A DNA stretch of 64,000 bases, from the NCBI GenBank assembly GCA_963726195.1, contig CAVSBO010000003.1, positions 800,001-864,000 of the forward strand. The letters run 5' to 3'. The notes beneath the pieces are model-generated. The model was not told the DNA's origin. It worked only from the letters and a program-made list of their open reading frames with translations, and made no database searches. The translations under genes were made by a program, and so were the position numbers. Shown piece by piece: positions 1-9,823 of the stretch (positions are counted from its first letter, which is position 1; the number at the start of each line of letters is the position of its first letter). The stretch is from Candidatus Thorarchaeota archaeon. GTDB taxonomy: Archaea; Asgardarchaeota; Thorarchaeia; Thorarchaeales; Thorarchaeaceae.

Positions 1-74
1 TTCTTGTCTCTGGCGGCAAGTTCGGCCATTTTCCTACGACGGATAATAGCAAGTTCAGAATCATCGTCGCTCAA
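1..74 (-). CDS. N-terminal fragment, PDCD5/MTH1615-like dsDNA-binding protein (or thioredoxin-type leader); runs off the window
   Basis: Manual translation from TTG at 74: MSDDDSELAIIRRRKMAELAARDK, matching the archaeal 'D.EL..IRRRK.AEL' leader. Confidence 0.5.
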   Translation of the reverse strand, partial: MSDDDSELAIIRRRKMAELAARDK

Positions 75-185
75 GTCGGAACCCTTGGGTCCTAGGGAAG
101 ATAGACTGCTTTTTAGAATTGCTTTTTAGGACTAGTACGCCACACATCCTGAGAGCAGGCAGCTCATATAGCCAAGAGAGGCGAG

Positions 186-1129
186 ATGAATCGTGTCTAT
201 CAGTGGGCCATGCGACTGGTTGCAGAGTTCCTTATCGGGCCATTCATGCAGGCTCAGGAACCAGCTCCTAGCAAAGGCCGAAGTGTCTGCAAAGTGCTCG
301 AACTCAGATGTGGCGGCCATTTGTGTTGATGCGTACACCTCCCTCGGGAAAGGGCAAGAATCTATTGATTCCGGTAGTACTGATGCTTTCCCCTATCTTG
401 TCGATTCTGCAACACACTTCGAAAGCCTACAAGAGTTAGACAATGCTGTCATGGCTTACGTGAAGGGCATTAATTTCGCGGGAGGACTGGGACTGATAGA
501 CAAGGGCTACGAGATGTTTCGACTCGCAAGGGCACTCTTCGAAAATGGCTTGTTGCATTCCGATCCATCATTGAAGAGCCCCGGAACAAAACAGATGCTA
601 GTCAAGGCTGGCCAAGGGCTTATCGATTCGGCTCGGAAGAAGAAGGAACAGGCTCCCGTAATCGACGTGCACGCGGAACTGAAAGCCACGATATTGGGAG
701 GGGTGGGACTCAGGAAAGCTGAGAAGCGTGAGAGCAAGGACATAGTCGGAATTGACGGACAACAGCTCTACGCGCGGAAGGCCCAGGAATACAGAGATAG
801 TGCCGAAACATACGTCAAGTCTGGGATGGTGAAGAGTGCGGTAGTATTCGCCTGCATGGCAGCCCTCGCAGACCTCATGCTAGGAAAAGCGACGGAGGGA
901 ATGGCATATCTCACTAAGACTGCGGCTGACTCAGGACAACGCGACAAGTTCAGTGAGAATCCTTGTTTCCAGTGGACAAAGTCTGGTTTTCAAAGTCTCA
1001 CGTTAGCAAGGACATCATAGCAATCGAGCAAGCACAGACTCAGTTCTTGCAGATACCATGGGGCTTCAAGGACGACCGCGAGTTTGCACGGCGAGTGATG
1101 GATGCGACTGCAAGACGTATCACTGAATG
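186..1129 (+). CDS. Helical hypothetical protein with internal WH2-like motif (probably frameshifted at both ends)
   Basis: ORF 193-1020; another frame continues KSHVSKDIIAIEQAQTQFLQIPWGFKDDREFARRVMDATARRITE* to ~1129; ATG at 186 is in a different frame. Confidence 0.6.
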
Positions 1130-2412
1130 ATTCGCAAGTGCGCGATGAAGAAACCACTTGTCGCATGTTTGTGAGGAAAGAGCCGACATACCTTCTGGGA
1201 GCATTTGAAATTGGGATATCCCGGGGAGTTCGGAACTGGACTCTGAAGCAGCTCGAACTTATGTTTCAGCATTGCAGAGTCTATCTGAGATTCCCCTTCA
1301 TGTGGAAGAAGGGAACAAGTCGCATACACAATCTCGGTACCGGGTTTGTCGGCATATGCCGTGAGCACGCCATCAAGTATCTTGTTCTGAACTGACATGA
1401 TGGCAAGTAGTCTGGCCTTGTTGAGCCGCCACTTGAACGATGGGTGACTGCGAAGGACGCCTGTGGAAGTGCAGGGCGCGTCCACTAGTATCTTATTTGC
1501 CCCTACAACCGGCGATCTGGAAGCATCTGCTTGAACCCACTCCACCTCCTCGCAGCCGAGAAGTCCACTTCTTTCATGGCCCATCCTCACACGATTAGAG
1601 TAGATGTCAGTAGCAACGATTCGGCCCCTTCCCGTCATAAGCTCGCAAATCAGCTGCGTCTTCATTCCTGGAGATGCGCATGCATCCCAGACAGTCTCTC
1701 CTGGACGCGGATTCAACGTGATGACTGTCAGAATGCTGGCTTTGTCTTGAATCAGGACTCTACCGTCCCTGAACTCGTCAGAGCGCACAATCGATTCAAT
1801 GCCTCGATTGACTCGATACAGCCATTGGACGTCTGGGTCTGGCTCAAGCTGAGCACCGGAGTCCGCAAGACACGAAATCACGTCCTCATCACCACTCTTG
1901 ATAGTGTTTGCTCTCACATAGTAGTCATGAGCCGCATTGTTGTGTTCCATCAACGATATTGCCTCTGCGCGTGGCAGATTGTCTAGCAATGTTCGCACGA
2001 GAAACGAGGGATGTGCAAGGCTAATACTAAGTCGCTCAATTGGTTTGAGATTCCTTGTGCTTCTCTGCAAGTCCAAAGACAAGGCGGAGGAGACCAAGGG
2101 GAGTAGATGCGGCATTTGACCCAAGTAGTCTTTGCTGATGACTTCGAGGGGCGTCTGCAGCCAGCGGGTCTCATAGACAGCCAACCGTAGAGAACTCCGT
2201 TCGCGCGCGGACAGCTCCGAGAGACGCTTGGAGCCTGCAACTTTCAGGAGAATGAAATCTATAGTGTTGAAAAACCGAACCACACCCAGAGTGAGAGAAT
2301 GCATGATGGGCTGTGCATCTGTGGAAATCCAAGAGTCCTGGTCATGCTTCCGGAGAACTGAACGCACTGAGGTCGACCGATCATAAGCCTCTAGGGCTCT
2401 CAGGGTCTCCAA
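1120..2412 (-). CDS. RsmB/NOP2/Sun-family RNA m5C methyltransferase
   Basis: IQDKAS, WDACASPGMKT, LVDAPCTSTG, YATCSL motifs; NusB-like N-terminus. Confidence 0.93.
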   Translation of the reverse strand: METLRALEAYDRSTSVRSVLRKHDQDSWISTDAQPIMHSLTLGVVRFFNTIDFILLKVAGSKRLSELSARERSSLRLAVYETRWLQTPLEVISKDYLGQMPHLLPLVSSALSLDLQRSTRNLKPIERLSISLAHPSFLVRTLLDNLPRAEAISLMEHNNAAHDYYVRANTIKSGDEDVISCLADSGAQLEPDPDVQWLYRVNRGIESIVRSDEFRDGRVLIQDKASILTVITLNPRPGETVWDACASPGMKTQLICELMTGRGRIVATDIYSNRVRMGHERSGLLGCEEVEWVQADASRSPVVGANKILVDAPCTSTGVLRSHPSFKWRLNKARLLAIMSVQNKILDGVLTAYADKPGTEIVYATCSLLPHEGESQIDSAMLKHKFELLQSPVPNSPGYPNFKCSQKVCRLFPHKHATSGFFIAHLRIIQ

Positions 2413-2471
2413 ACGGGCTGTGCGCTCAAATCCCTTGGCATCTCATCCCTCAATACAACTTGCACTGAGTC

Positions 2472-4139
2472 TCATATGAACTCGATTCCCGGTCCGACAT
2501 GTACGTACTTCATGCGTGTCAGCATTACTGGGAAATACTTCGCTCCGATGATGCCCGAGTCCTTGTATCCACCAAGATGGGGCATATGCGGGTCGAAGTA
2601 GAGGTGATCCTGGCCGATTGATACTCCGGCAGCTTCAACTCCCTTGGCCCACTTTGTTCTCACTGCCGCATCATCTGCAAAGACGGAGGACCTCAGGCCG
2701 AATCGAGAGGAATTCGCGATCTGAATGGCTTGGTCGACGCTGCTAACGCTCATGACCGGTAGTGATGGCGCAAACACCTCTTCCCTCATCACTCTCATGC
2801 TCTCGTCGACGTTAGTTAGCACTGCGGGTTTGTAGAACAGACCAGCAGCGTCGGGCTCTGAGAGGTAATTGCACCGAAACCCGCCGGTAATCACCTTCGC
2901 CCCTTTTGCCTTGGCGTCCTCCATCTGTTCAAGCAGGAGGTACAATGCGGTGAAGCCGACCGGTGGCAGGCTTACTTTGGGGTCTGACGGCTTTCCAATA
3001 CGGAGTTTCTCAACTTCGTCCGTTACTAGACGAACAACCTCGTCGTGAAGTGTGTCTTGGACCAGCAGGCGTTTGATTGCCATGCAGGCCTGCCCGCTGC
3101 CGAGAAACCTGCCCTTGACAATCATCTTGGCTGCGAATTCCAAGTCCACGTCTCGGCCCCATACCAAGCATGCATCACTTCCTGCGAGCTCCGGAGCCAT
3201 CTGTACCCTCTTGCTTGTAGCATCGGACCACAGCGTGATGCCAGTGTCACTGTCACCATACCACACAATCGCACCGACGTCAGGGTCTGACACGAACCTG
3301 TCCATTAGCTCCTTCCCGCCGCCGGTGAGAACCTGTATCATAGCCGGAGGAAGCCCCATTTCGGTGAACGTCTGCATGAATATTCGGCCCAGCAGAATCG
3401 TGCTCAAGGGTACCTTGCTTGGCGGCTTCAGAATCGTAGCGTTGCCAGCGAGAATGGAGGAGGTAATGCTGAGAATCCCTAGGGCAAGTGGTGAGTTGTA
3501 GGGCGTAAAGAGACAAGCGACTCCGTACGGCTCTCGAAATCTGTAGTTCTTGCCGCCATCTCTGCCGGGTGCTTCTATCAGATCGACGTCTTTTCCCCAG
3601 AGCTCGAATGTCTCACGTTCAAGGTATTCCGTGAACATGTCCCATGTCCATTCAAAGGTCTTGATGGGAACACCCTCCTTCACTGAAACGTCTCTCACTT
3701 CTTCGAAATGCTTCTTGACAGCAAGACCTGCTTGGTAGAGAGCCTCGACACGGTCGTCGAGTGTGCATCCCATATCGGGCAACTTGAACGGATTGAATAA
3801 TGCTTGGTGATCTCTCACTCCGGCCGCAATGGCGTCCTTGATGTCTGATTCACGTGAGACGGCAACCTTTGCATAAGCTGCGTTGTCTAGCTCGTCCTTT
3901 GTATAGTGTGGAACCCCGTGCGCCTTCCGATAGTCTCTCAGGTATCTCATTTCTGGGCTATCTGCAGGAATGAAGCGTGGTGCCCTAGAGAAAACGAATC
4001 GCTGAGAGAACGATGCTCCTCGGAGCTGAAGAGCGATTGCCAAACCAGGATCAACAACGACTTGATCCATGTCTGGAAAAACGACGTACTTCCCAGTATC
4101 GACCTCGCGTCCGTCAACGATGATTGGATAAACTTCCAT
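2472..4139 (-). CDS. Aldehyde dehydrogenase family protein
   Basis: REPYGV, PYNSP, AGNATILKP, ELAGSD (Glu), SGQACMA (Cys), EEVFAP; likely start MEVYPII at 4139 because the upstream ORF extension lies inside the IS. Confidence 0.92.
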   Translation of the reverse strand: MEVYPIIVDGREVDTGKYVVFPDMDQVVVDPGLAIALQLRGASFSQRFVFSRAPRFIPADSPEMRYLRDYRKAHGVPHYTKDELDNAAYAKVAVSRESDIKDAIAAGVRDHQALFNPFKLPDMGCTLDDRVEALYQAGLAVKKHFEEVRDVSVKEGVPIKTFEWTWDMFTEYLERETFELWGKDVDLIEAPGRDGGKNYRFREPYGVACLFTPYNSPLALGILSITSSILAGNATILKPPSKVPLSTILLGRIFMQTFTEMGLPPAMIQVLTGGGKELMDRFVSDPDVGAIVWYGDSDTGITLWSDATSKRVQMAPELAGSDACLVWGRDVDLEFAAKMIVKGRFLGSGQACMAIKRLLVQDTLHDEVVRLVTDEVEKLRIGKPSDPKVSLPPVGFTALYLLLEQMEDAKAKGAKVITGGFRCNYLSEPDAAGLFYKPAVLTNVDESMRVMREEVFAPSLPVMSVSSVDQAIQIANSSRFGLRSSVFADDAAVRTKWAKGVEAAGVSIGQDHLYFDPHMPHLGGYKDSGIIGAKYFPVMLTRMKYVHVGPGIEFI

Positions 4140-4157
4140 TGTGGGATCCTCGTTGGG

Positions 4158-5464
4158 TTGCAAACAGTTAGTGGATTTAATATCAATTGGTACCACACAT
4201 AGACAGGTAATTGACTGTGCTGAATGGCCGACCGAGGTCATGAGAACACGAAGATCACGCGGGCCTACAAAACAGAACTGGGACCCAACAACGCCCAACG
4301 TTCGGTCATGCTCAAGCATATCGGTACAGCGAGGTTCGCGTACAACTGGGGGCTTGCGCGGCGGAAGGAAGAGTACGAAAGGACGGGAACTTCATCGAAC
4401 GCTATCGAGCTGCACAGGCAGTTGAACGCATTGAAGAAGACAGAGTTCCCGTGGATGTACGAGGTTTCCAAGTGTGCCCCGCAAGAGGCCCTACGAGATC
4501 TCGACAGGGCGTACAAGAACTTCTTCGAGGGGCGAGCAAAACACCCGAAGTTCAAGCACAAGAAGTTCGGCGCAGGCAGTTTCAGGCTCACAGGAGCAAT
4601 CAGGGTGTTCAGAGACTTTGTGCAGTTGCCCCGAATCGGCACGGTCAGACTCAAGGAGAAAGGCTATCTCCCAGTTGAGAGAGGCCATGTGCTGTCCGCA
4701 ACTATTTCAGAAAGGGCGGGAAAATGGTTTGTGAGTCTTCATGTAGAGGAAGAGATTGAGGTCAGGATTAATACTGGACCTGTGGTAGGGGTTGACGTTG
4801 GTATCTCGAATCTTGCCACAGTCAGTGACGGTACTATCATTGCAAATCCGAAACCTCTTTCACGCTTGGAGCTGAAGGAGAAGAGAATCCAGAGGTCTCT
4901 TGCTAGAAAGGTAAGGGGCAGCAGAAACCGTGCCAAGGCCGTGATACGGGTGGCCCGGTTCGAACTCAGGATTGCTAACATCCGCAGGGATGCACAGCAC
5001 AAAGCCACAACGGTGCTGGCGAGAACCAAGTCCGTCATCTGTGTGGAAAGCCTCTATGTGGCGGGGCTACTGAAGAACCATCGCCTCGCAAAGCATCTCG
5101 CGGATGCAGGCATAGGAGAGTTCCTTCGCCAGCTGAAGTACAAGACAGTGTGGAACGGAAGCACAGTCGTGGAGGCTGACCCGTTCTTCCCGTCCACGAA
5201 ACGATGCTCCAGCTGCGGAGCAGTCAAGGACGAGATACCGCTTTCTGAGAGAACATACAAGTGCGAGAGTTGTGCTTTTGAGGCCGACCGCGACTTGAAC
5301 GCTGCAATTAATCTGGCTTCAGTCGCCGCCAGTTGGGCGGAGACTCAAAACGCCTGCAAGAGTGGAGAGGTCCATGCCTCTACAAGAGGCAGGTGCTCCG
5401 CGATGAAGCAGGAACCGAACACTGTTTGGGACAGTGTCCTAAATGGGTAAGTTTCGGACAACGG
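4158..5464 (+). mobile_element. Non-autonomous TnpB-only IS (IS607-type ends, no tnpA)
   Basis: GGTT at both junctions (4156-4159, 5463-5466); right end AACGG as in the 55-63 kb element; contains only tnpB. Confidence 0.7.
4224..5450 (+). CDS. tnpB: TnpB RNA-guided endonuclease
   Basis: RAYKTEL..ARFAYNWGL N-terminus; RuvC GVDVG / VESL / DRDLNAAINL; Zn finger CSSC..CESC. Confidence 0.95.
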   Translation: MADRGHENTKITRAYKTELGPNNAQRSVMLKHIGTARFAYNWGLARRKEEYERTGTSSNAIELHRQLNALKKTEFPWMYEVSKCAPQEALRDLDRAYKNFFEGRAKHPKFKHKKFGAGSFRLTGAIRVFRDFVQLPRIGTVRLKEKGYLPVERGHVLSATISERAGKWFVSLHVEEEIEVRINTGPVVGVDVGISNLATVSDGTIIANPKPLSRLELKEKRIQRSLARKVRGSRNRAKAVIRVARFELRIANIRRDAQHKATTVLARTKSVICVESLYVAGLLKNHRLAKHLADAGIGEFLRQLKYKTVWNGSTVVEADPFFPSTKRCSSCGAVKDEIPLSERTYKCESCAFEADRDLNAAINLASVAASWAETQNACKSGEVHASTRGRCSAMKQEPNTVWDSVLNG

Positions 5465-5561
5465 TTGTGCAAAAGCAAGCGGATGTGAGCATCCTATAGT
5501 TCTTCTGAAATGCTGCAGAGCAATTAGAGTGATATCGCGCCGACGGACAGCACGCGAGCCC

Positions 5562-6110
5562 TCATTGCTCTGCTGAGTTGCTCTTCTGCCCTCTCCGATT
5601 CACGGGACGCTGATACATCTGAACAGGCATCCCCGGATGCTGTTCATAGGGCTTTCCCCACCGACGGAATCCGAACTTCTTCATCAGGCGCTCTCCAACT
5701 TCTTGCCCTGCGAGGATGTTGCAATAGTTGCGCTGACACCCTTGTGCCTTTGCGTAGTCTATGAAATGAATGTACATGGCTGAGGCCAGTCCGCTAGACC
5801 TGCAAGCCGAGCGGACAGTCTGGTGTTCGCCGAATAGTCCCTTGTCAGTAATCTTGGCCTTATAGACGCCCACGATCCGCCCTTCAAGTCGGCTTCCGAA
5901 GTAGTGGTGTCCGGATCGCATTTCCTCAACTATCTGCTCAGGACCGTACATCCTGATTCTTCGCCATGGTTCGGGATACTCCATCGCGAGCGGCCAGACC
6001 TCCTTGAAGAGCATGGAAATCTCTTCAGCATCCTCTTCTCCGAACTCGATAATCCGGATTTGCTCGGCTGGGAGTTGTGACGTGGAAGACCCCTCTAATG
6101 GAGAGCTCAC
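5562..6110 (-). CDS. GNAT-family acetyltransferase
   Basis: Motif A-like VRSACRSSGLASAM; KKFGF; ~180 aa. Confidence 0.75.
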   Translation of the reverse strand: MSSPLEGSSTSQLPAEQIRIIEFGEEDAEEISMLFKEVWPLAMEYPEPWRRIRMYGPEQIVEEMRSGHHYFGSRLEGRIVGVYKAKITDKGLFGEHQTVRSACRSSGLASAMYIHFIDYAKAQGCQRNYCNILAGQEVGERLMKKFGFRRWGKPYEQHPGMPVQMYQRPVNRRGQKSNSAEQ

Positions 6111-6113
6111 TGC

Positions 6114-7229
6114 TCAGGCGAATGCCTTTGCCCAGTCATAAGCCTCTTGGATTGGAGTGCAAGCGCCACAACTGTGGCAGCCAGCAGCAGTCTTTGCAGG
6201 ATTCAGACGATGCTTGTAGAGAATTCTACCTACTTCCTTGTAGAATTCAACGGAGCCACTTAGGTCCCCTACATAGGTTGGTGTGTAATCTGCAAGCTGA
6301 CTTCCAAGGGCAGGTCTCACAGGCAGGACCACAGGCATGACGCCCATGTCAGATATCTCATCAGCCATATGAAGAGTGACAACGGCGTCTTCACCAAGAC
6401 CCTGAAGGAAGAAAGTGCTCACGTTTCCTCTGCCCAAGCGGCTGAGCGCATGTTTCCAACTGACTCGATATTGTTCTACCGTTGCTTGACGATACTTACC
6501 CGGGCACACATTGCGCCGTACGTCATCATCAGCGCATTCAATGTGCATCCCAATAGCGTTGACTCCAGCATCTATCAGCTCGTCTACCCGCGCCTGTTCC
6601 ACTGGGGGCTCGAACTGAACGCCGATTGGAATGCGGCTGAACCTGCGTATCTCTTTCACGATTTGGGACAGCCTTTCACAACCCATGTCAGAGGTCTCAG
6701 GTGTTCCCGTTGTAAGCAGAACACTCCTTATCACGCCCTCCTTCTCCGCTGCGCGAACAACCTCGGCGACTTGTTCCGGAGCTTTTTCCAGAATCGTGTC
6801 GCCTGTGGATTGCGATACAGGTATCGTGCAGAACTTGCACTGCTCGCCACTAGCCCAGTATCTGCAGGCTTGATACACAGTTGTTGCCAGAACATCTGCG
6901 CCGTGCAGAAGTGCAATCTTCTGATATGGAGTACCGTCGGCTGTAGTCAGGTTATAGAATCTGGGTCTAGGTACTTCCTTCAGTCGAACTCTGCCGTCGT
7001 ACAGCCAGATCCCCGGACTCTTAGCAGGAACAAGAGAAGCAGGACTGTATCTCTGGACCATTCTGCCTGTTCGGACAGGCACCCCACACGCCCTGCCATT
7101 TGACAATATGAAATACCGAGCTCCCACTGGTCCGGCGCCGCCACGTCTTCCTGTCCATTCTCCTTCGGGCAGAGTCACACCTTCGGTCAACAGACGGACC
7201 TTGAGTGTGAGCACGTCTTCTGCATTCAT
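6114..7229 (-). CDS. Radical SAM protein, MSMEG_0568/NitD-like
   Basis: RRGGAGP, YQKIALLHG..LATTVYQAC, extended CRYWASGEQCKFC cluster motif, C-terminal AGCHSCGAC. Confidence 0.82.
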   Translation of the reverse strand: MNAEDVLTLKVRLLTEGVTLPEGEWTGRRGGAGPVGARYFILSNGRACGVPVRTGRMVQRYSPASLVPAKSPGIWLYDGRVRLKEVPRPRFYNLTTADGTPYQKIALLHGADVLATTVYQACRYWASGEQCKFCTIPVSQSTGDTILEKAPEQVAEVVRAAEKEGVIRSVLLTTGTPETSDMGCERLSQIVKEIRRFSRIPIGVQFEPPVEQARVDELIDAGVNAIGMHIECADDDVRRNVCPGKYRQATVEQYRVSWKHALSRLGRGNVSTFFLQGLGEDAVVTLHMADEISDMGVMPVVLPVRPALGSQLADYTPTYVGDLSGSVEFYKEVGRILYKHRLNPAKTAAGCHSCGACTPIQEAYDWAKAFA

Positions 7230-7268
7230 TGCGTTCTTGCGCTCACTCTCATTTGGCCTAATGTGTCT

Positions 7269-8392
7269 TCACATGCTGACCCTCGAGGCCGAGTCCCAAG
7301 CCGCCATTACGATTTCAGGAAGGTCAAGAACGGTCAGTCCTTTTCCTGCCCGAGAAGCCAGCATGTTCTTGCAGAACGGACATGACGTGACTAACAGCTT
7401 GGCTCCAACCTCCTTCGCCTGTGACAGCCGGGCATCGCCGATGATGCTAGCTTGATCAGTGAATAGTGTTCTCATGCCAGCGCCGTTGCCGCAGCACATC
7501 GCATTTTCCCTACTACGGGCCATCTCGACTACTTTCCTGCCAGAGACCCTTTCGATGACATTCCTTGGGGATCGTATATGCCGCTGTGCCGACCTAGGTG
7601 ACACGGGTCATGGTATGTGATAGGGCCGCCAAAGTCAGTTACCCTCAGAGCATCCAAGTGCTTTTCGAGCAGCTGACTGATGTGAAGCACCGGTTTCTTC
7701 AGTTCAGCCCCGACCTGCGGGTAATCCTTGGTGAGAGCTCTGAAGCACCCGGGGCAGGTCACCACTATCTGATCACCTTCAGATTTGTTAAGGGCGGCCA
7801 CATTGTGGTGTGCCTGCTCAATTCCTAATTCTCGGAAGCCGGTCCTGAAGAGTGGGGAGCCGCAGCACCATTCGTCAGGAGTCACGGACACCTTGTACCC
7901 TAGGTGGGAGAGTACCGAAACAGTGCTGCGCGCTATGCCGTTTTCGTGATATGCCGCAGTACAACCAGCGAAGTAGAGAATCTTCTTGCCTTGGGTCTTC
8001 GTGGGAACAAACCACTTGTTGCGCTTTCCGTGGGGCTCGGCGAAGGGATTGTGATCGGCCCTGATTGCAGACGATATCTTGTCGAGACCTCGAGGATATC
8101 GACCTTCACTGACCAGCTTCAATCGTTCATTCTCGACCATTGTGGCAATGTCAACCTGAGGCAGACACCATGTGAGACACTGGGAGCATTCGAGACACTG
8201 ATAGAGCACTTCAATGGCGCGCTCATCGAGAGCACGTGTTCCCTTTGCTTCCTGATACATCAGCAGTGCACGGCCATGCGGCGTGGGAGAATCGGATCGC
8301 CAGGCCAAGAAAGTCGGGCACACGTGCCTACACATCTTAGGGCATCCAGCACAGAGGCGAAGCTGCTCAACGTCTGCTGATTCTTCCATCAC
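7269..8392 (-). CDS. (Fe-S)-binding CCG-domain oxidoreductase subunit (GlpC/GlcF/HdrD-like), frameshift ~7560
   Basis: CAGCPKMCRHVCP, CLECSQCLTWC, YFAGC, WCCG, TYHDPCHLGR; continues in ORF 7269-7604 (MCCGNG, TSCPFC). Confidence 0.88.
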
Positions 8393-9816
8393 GAATGCCC
8401 TCCCATTCCAAGCTTGCCGGGGTTCATTATGTCATTTGGGTCCAGAACTTCCTTGATTTTCTTCAAGACTTCAAAACCAGACCCAAGTTCAGCCTCGGTG
8501 TAAGTACTTCGAGTTGTTCCGACTCCGTGTTGATGGCTCATGGTGCCTCCTTCTCTGAGGCAAGCCGCTACTCCGTCATCCCAAATCCTGCGATATGTGG
8601 CCCATGCACTTTCCGCATCTGGCTGCGACACGAAGAATATCATGTAGATGCTACCACCGTTCGGGTACATGTGTGAGAAATGAGACATCACTGCAGCACC
8701 GTGGGCCTCCATTACTCTCTTCATTTCATGGTACACATTCTCGAGCCGATCATAGGTCGCAACAATGTCTATGGTGTCGCCTACAGAAAAGCCGCTAGTA
8801 GTGAACTTGGTAGGATAATACATGTCGTACCTGTGGTCCCACCAGTATTTTGAGGGCCCTTCCCCATAGTCCTTTGCTCCATTCTCGATGCAAATCTTGG
8901 CAGAGATACTCTCGTCTATGTCCACCTTCTCTGGTCTGCCATCGAATGCGAGCATCAGCATACAACTCCCTTCCTCAACCTCAAAGTGAGTACTCACGTG
9001 CATCGCCGTATCCTCAGCATCGTACAGACGCACGACTGACGGGAATACGCTCTCTCTGAATATGGCCCGGATGGCTTTCAACCCTGTATGAACATCTGGG
9101 AAGCACATGCTTCTGAAGTGTCTTGAAGCTGGAAGCGGAAAAAGGCGAAGAGTCGCTTCCGTTATCACGCACAGCGTTCCCTCAGACCCGATGAAAAGCT
9201 GTCTCAAGTCGGGCCCTACGGAGCTGCGCGGAATAGCTTTGCATCTTACGACGGTTCCATCTGCCAACACAACTTCAAGTCCCAGAGTCAAATCCTCGAT
9301 TTTGCCATAAAGAGAAGACATGGAGCCGCCGGACCGCGTAGCAATGAAACCACCCACGTTAGATGCCCTCAAGGAAGTGGGGGTGTGGCCAGTTGTATAG
9401 CCGTGCCTATTGACTTCCTCCTCCAAGTCGATGCCCACCACGCCGGCCTGCACACGGACTAGCATAGATTCGTCATCAATTGCAAGAACCTTGTTCATGC
9501 GTTTCAGGTCAAGTTGAATTCCACCATAGGTTGGCTGCGTTCCTCCACATGTTCCTGCACCTCCCCCAACAGGAACGACCGGCACCCTCAGTTCATTGGC
9601 GACCTGGAGAATCCTAGAGACCTCCTCAGTCGACGACGGATAAACTATCAAGTCTGCAAGCGGAATGGTCTCTCCAGCTCTAAGCCTGGCTTCACTAAGC
9701 GGCCATGCATCATGTGCGTTCAGAATCGCATCGGTCGTGTCTGTTGTGAAATGTTCAGGCCCAACAATGGCTTGAATCCGTTCCACTAATTCGGTCTTAG
9801 TTGCTGAATCCAACAA
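8389..9816 (-). CDS. FAD-linked oxidase, alkyl-DHAP synthase (AGPS/YgcU)-like
   Basis: PVGGG, GHTPTS..SNVGGFIATRSGG..S..YGKIED, GSEGTL, SHFSHMYPNGGSIY, SHQHGVG, MNPGKL. Confidence 0.85.
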   Translation of the reverse strand: MLDSATKTELVERIQAIVGPEHFTTDTTDAILNAHDAWPLSEARLRAGETIPLADLIVYPSSTEEVSRILQVANELRVPVVPVGGGAGTCGGTQPTYGGIQLDLKRMNKVLAIDDESMLVRVQAGVVGIDLEEEVNRHGYTTGHTPTSLRASNVGGFIATRSGGSMSSLYGKIEDLTLGLEVVLADGTVVRCKAIPRSSVGPDLRQLFIGSEGTLCVITEATLRLFPLPASRHFRSMCFPDVHTGLKAIRAIFRESVFPSVVRLYDAEDTAMHVSTHFEVEEGSCMLMLAFDGRPEKVDIDESISAKICIENGAKDYGEGPSKYWWDHRYDMYYPTKFTTSGFSVGDTIDIVATYDRLENVYHEMKRVMEAHGAAVMSHFSHMYPNGGSIYMIFFVSQPDAESAWATYRRIWDDGVAACLREGGTMSHQHGVGTTRSTYTEAELGSGFEVLKKIKEVLDPNDIMNPGKLGMGGHS

Positions 9817-9823
9817 ATATCGG

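Noticed and set aside
4140-4319. 60 aa N-terminal extension of ALDH
   Set aside because: It lies inside the inserted element antisense to tnpB; read-through artefact.
6369-7103. Long antisense ORFs (also 39350-40849 and 57487-58419)
   Set aside because: Shadow frames of well-supported opposite-strand genes.
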